Positions 61,537 through 64,000 of a DNA stretch of 64,000 nucleotides are shown here, piece by piece. This DNA comes from Bispira polyomma (lineage: Eukaryota). Below the pieces are notes generated by a model. That model did not search any database. It saw only the letters and a program-made list of their open reading frames with translations, and had not been told where the DNA came from. The DNA is taken from assembly GCA_965649765.1 (NCBI GenBank), contig OZ287753.1, forward strand, positions 28,024,001 through 28,088,000. Direction: 5' to 3'. Positions within the stretch are counted from its first letter, which is position 1. Each line of letters starts with the position of its first letter. The translations under genes were made by a program, and so were the position numbers.

Positions 61537-63477
61537 GTGGAGGACAATGCAGCTATTGTGAGGGTCGTTCGCTCTAGTAGCATGCCGGGTAACAATGGGG
61601 GCTTTGCAAAGCACCAAGAGACAGGTACTTGCACAGAACGTGTTAATGAAAATGTTGAAATCTCTGATAAGTATTCGTGTGCTTTAAAGCACAAGAAAAA
61701 TAAAAGGGAGTTGCTGCAGAAGGCGGCCTCGAATCAAATACACAAAAAATGGCAGGACCAAAGTAGTCATGCTTATGGATTTATTCCTCTCTCAGCTTTG
61801 GGCAGTGAGATTGCTGACCAAGGTGGGGGAGGGCACGAATTATCCATATTACAAATGCATGAGAAACTACGTCTTGATGGCAGACATAATTATGCTGGCC
61901 TCCAGATTCCTGTTCCTTCCCAATTAAAAGCAGAAACGTGGGGGAAGTATTTACAAATCTACTGGGATTGGCAACTGCCTCTCCTTATAAAATATAGATT
62001 CCCTCTTGATGTGTGTCAAAAAATTCATACCGAATCGAATGAAACTAACCATAAGTCGGCGGAGGAATGTCCTGAACATGTAGACGCCTATATGAGGGAA
62101 GAATGTGACTTTGGGGCAATTCTTGGTCCTTTCGACACCCCACCAATTCAGAATTTGCATTGTTCCCCTTTAATGACCAGACATAAACCAAACTCGCTTA
62201 ACAGGCGTGTGATTGTGGATTTGAGTTGGCCTCAGGGGGCTTCAGTAAATGCAGGTGCTTCCCCGACTTCGTATCTGGGTGTCGATTTTTTACTGTCTTA
62301 CCCTTCTATTGATCATCTTACTGCTGAAGTGTCTAAATTGGGAAAGGGTTGTCAGATATTTAAAATAGACGTAAGTCGGGCGTTTCGCCACGTCCCCATC
62401 GACCTTGGCGACATTGACCTCTTAGGGTTGAAGTGGAAATCTTACTATGTTGATAAATTGCTGCCGTTCGGTTATTTGAATGGCAGTACTATTTTCCAAC
62501 GAATTTCGGATGCAGTGCATTTCATAATGCACTCAGAAAATCATAACGTCCACAATTATATCGACGATTTATTATGTGTATCACTTCCCAGCAAAATTCA
62601 GAAAACGTTCATAAGATTGCAAGAATTGCTTGCTGAACTGGGTCTTACAGTTAGCCAGAAAAAATTGGTTTCCCCCAGCACTGAGGTAGTCTGTTTAGGC
62701 ATAATAATAGACACAGTCAAATGCACAACTTCTATCCCGTCTGAAAAAATGGCAGAAATCCAGAGCAAGTGCAGGGATTGGGATTCAAAACATTATTGTA
62801 CCAAGAGAGAACTACAGTCCTTACTGGGCCTTTTGCTATACATCTCTAAATGTATTAAATATGCTCGGGTTTTCTTGAATAGAATGTTGGAACTGCTACG
62901 AGATAATCATAGTAAAAATAAAATTGTAATAAGTGATGCATTTAGACGTGACTTAAATTGGTTTACAACTTTTGCAGAGCAGTTCAATGGTGTTTCCTTT
63001 TTCTTACATAAACCCATATCAGGTGAGATAGAATTGGATGCCTGCCTCACAGGTATGGGGGGGATTTATGGAAATCAAGTATACCAAATTAAAGTTCCTA
63101 CAAGTATGGCAGAGTATAACATAGCTTCTCTTGAAATGTTGAACATTTTGGTAGCAATAAAATTATGGATTCAAAAATGGAAGGGTCAGAGAATTTTAGT
63201 AAGATGTGACAATCAGGCAGTAGTCAGTGTCTTACAGACAGGACGTACTAGAGACCCCATATTGGCCACCTATACTAGAAACATATACATGTTAGCCAGT
63301 AAGTTTGACATTGAAATTGTTGTGGTCCATATTCTAGGTAGAGAAAATAAAGTGGCTGACTTACTTTCCAGATGGGCCGAGACAGAAAGTAACCACCTAT
63401 TACTAAACCAATTGGCTGGACCTATTCAATGGCTTCCTGCTCCTGGAAATCTGCTTTTTGTGAACACTCTTATATAG
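61537..63477 (+). CDS. Reverse transcriptase / RNase H of element 3
   Basis: RVIVDLSWP, KIDVSRAFRH, LPFG and YIDD; LDAC, LEML, CDN and ADLLSR intact. Confidence 0.95.
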   Translation: MEDNAAIVRVVRSSSMPGNNGGFAKHQETGTCTERVNENVEISDKYSCALKHKKNKRELLQKAASNQIHKKWQDQSSHAYGFIPLSALGSEIADQGGGGHELSILQMHEKLRLDGRHNYAGLQIPVPSQLKAETWGKYLQIYWDWQLPLLIKYRFPLDVCQKIHTESNETNHKSAEECPEHVDAYMREECDFGAILGPFDTPPIQNLHCSPLMTRHKPNSLNRRVIVDLSWPQGASVNAGASPTSYLGVDFLLSYPSIDHLTAEVSKLGKGCQIFKIDVSRAFRHVPIDLGDIDLLGLKWKSYYVDKLLPFGYLNGSTIFQRISDAVHFIMHSENHNVHNYIDDLLCVSLPSKIQKTFIRLQELLAELGLTVSQKKLVSPSTEVVCLGIIIDTVKCTTSIPSEKMAEIQSKCRDWDSKHYCTKRELQSLLGLLLYISKCIKYARVFLNRMLELLRDNHSKNKIVISDAFRRDLNWFTTFAEQFNGVSFFLHKPISGEIELDACLTGMGGIYGNQVYQIKVPTSMAEYNIASLEMLNILVAIKLWIQKWKGQRILVRCDNQAVVSVLQTGRTRDPILATYTRNIYMLASKFDIEIVVVHILGRENKVADLLSRWAETESNHLLLNQLAGPIQWLPAPGNLLFVNTLI

Positions 63478-63501
63478 CAGGTTGTAGTTTTCTTTTTTCA
63501 G

Positions 63502-64000
63502 GCACTCACCCTGTGGGTCTGGCTCTGATGAGACGGGCTTGTGATAGGCTGAACTCAGCTCTCACTCCAGCCACTAATAAAGCATATGACAGGATGTTCC
63601 GACAGTTCCTAGCTTTTGGAGTCTTTATGTCTTGGCCTCCCCACAAGGTGACTGTGTTGCAAATTTTAGCATATCTAGAGTTCATAAATTTCAATGGTGT
63701 TTCGGCCTCTCAGGTAGTAAATCACATGTCGGCTGTGAAGGCAAAATGTGTCATGTTTCATATAGATGTGCAAGTATTTTCTGATCAGAGAATTTCTTAT
63801 TTCACTAAGGCCATGGCTATGCATAGACCTTTACAGGTGAAGTTGAAGTCAATTTTTGATGTGCACTTGCTTAGGGCTCTGATTAGTAAATGTGATAGTA
63901 CTTACATGGGGCAGATTTTCAAGGCTGTTTATTTGACAAATTTTTTCACATTTTTGCATTTATCCAATCTGTGTCCTCATTCAATGGGGTCATACTCTCC
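63502..64000 (+). CDS. Tyrosine recombinase of element 3, N-terminal part (not in the ORF track because it runs off the window)
   Basis: Open frame ...LMRRACDRLNSALTPATNKAYDRMFRQFLAF...FKAVYLTNFFTFLHLSNLCPHS; the first catalytic Arg reads His (CAT 63957-63959); first ATG at 63528. Confidence 0.9.

Larger units (their letters stand above)
59693..64000 (+). mobile_element. Ngaro-type YR retrotransposon, element 3 (truncated by the window end)
   Basis: 5' end homologous to the element 2 A repeat (gctaacgcct, cctcagttctgg, gggcgagtata); gag, RT/RNase H and YR. Confidence 0.93.

Overview
AT-rich animal genomic DNA, probably a mollusc or other lophotrochozoan judging by its SINE types (inference). 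The window is largely non-coding and possibly intronic: there is one good candidate host exon on the minus strand at 19779-19924. It is dominated by five insertions of Ngaro/PAT-type tyrosine-recombinase (YR) retrotransposons from different families: a full-length copy on minus (9432-16080), a full-length decayed copy on plus (45602-52303), a comparatively intact copy running off the right edge (~59693->64000), a 3' YR fragment (18437-19087) and a 5' gag fragment (~35620-36475). Both full-length copies have the split direct repeats A1-ORFs-B1-A2-spacer-B2. Comparing the families by eye suggests an expression and replication system I do not recognise as described for these elements. (1) The A2-B2 spacer holds a conserved, covarying, probably pseudoknotted RNA structure between a promoter-like repeat and a poly(A)-signal repeat. 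(2) A -1 frameshift-type signal (A_AAA_AAC plus hairpin) joins gag to an ATG-less pol. (3) A conserved phase-1 splice donor in gag splices in frame to an acceptor in front of YR. The rest is SINEs, an L2 LINE tail, a Tc1 remnant, MITEs and an old 3-4 kb unit duplicated in inverted and tandem orientation (27.3-39.7 kb). All alignments and folds were done manually and need computational confirmation.
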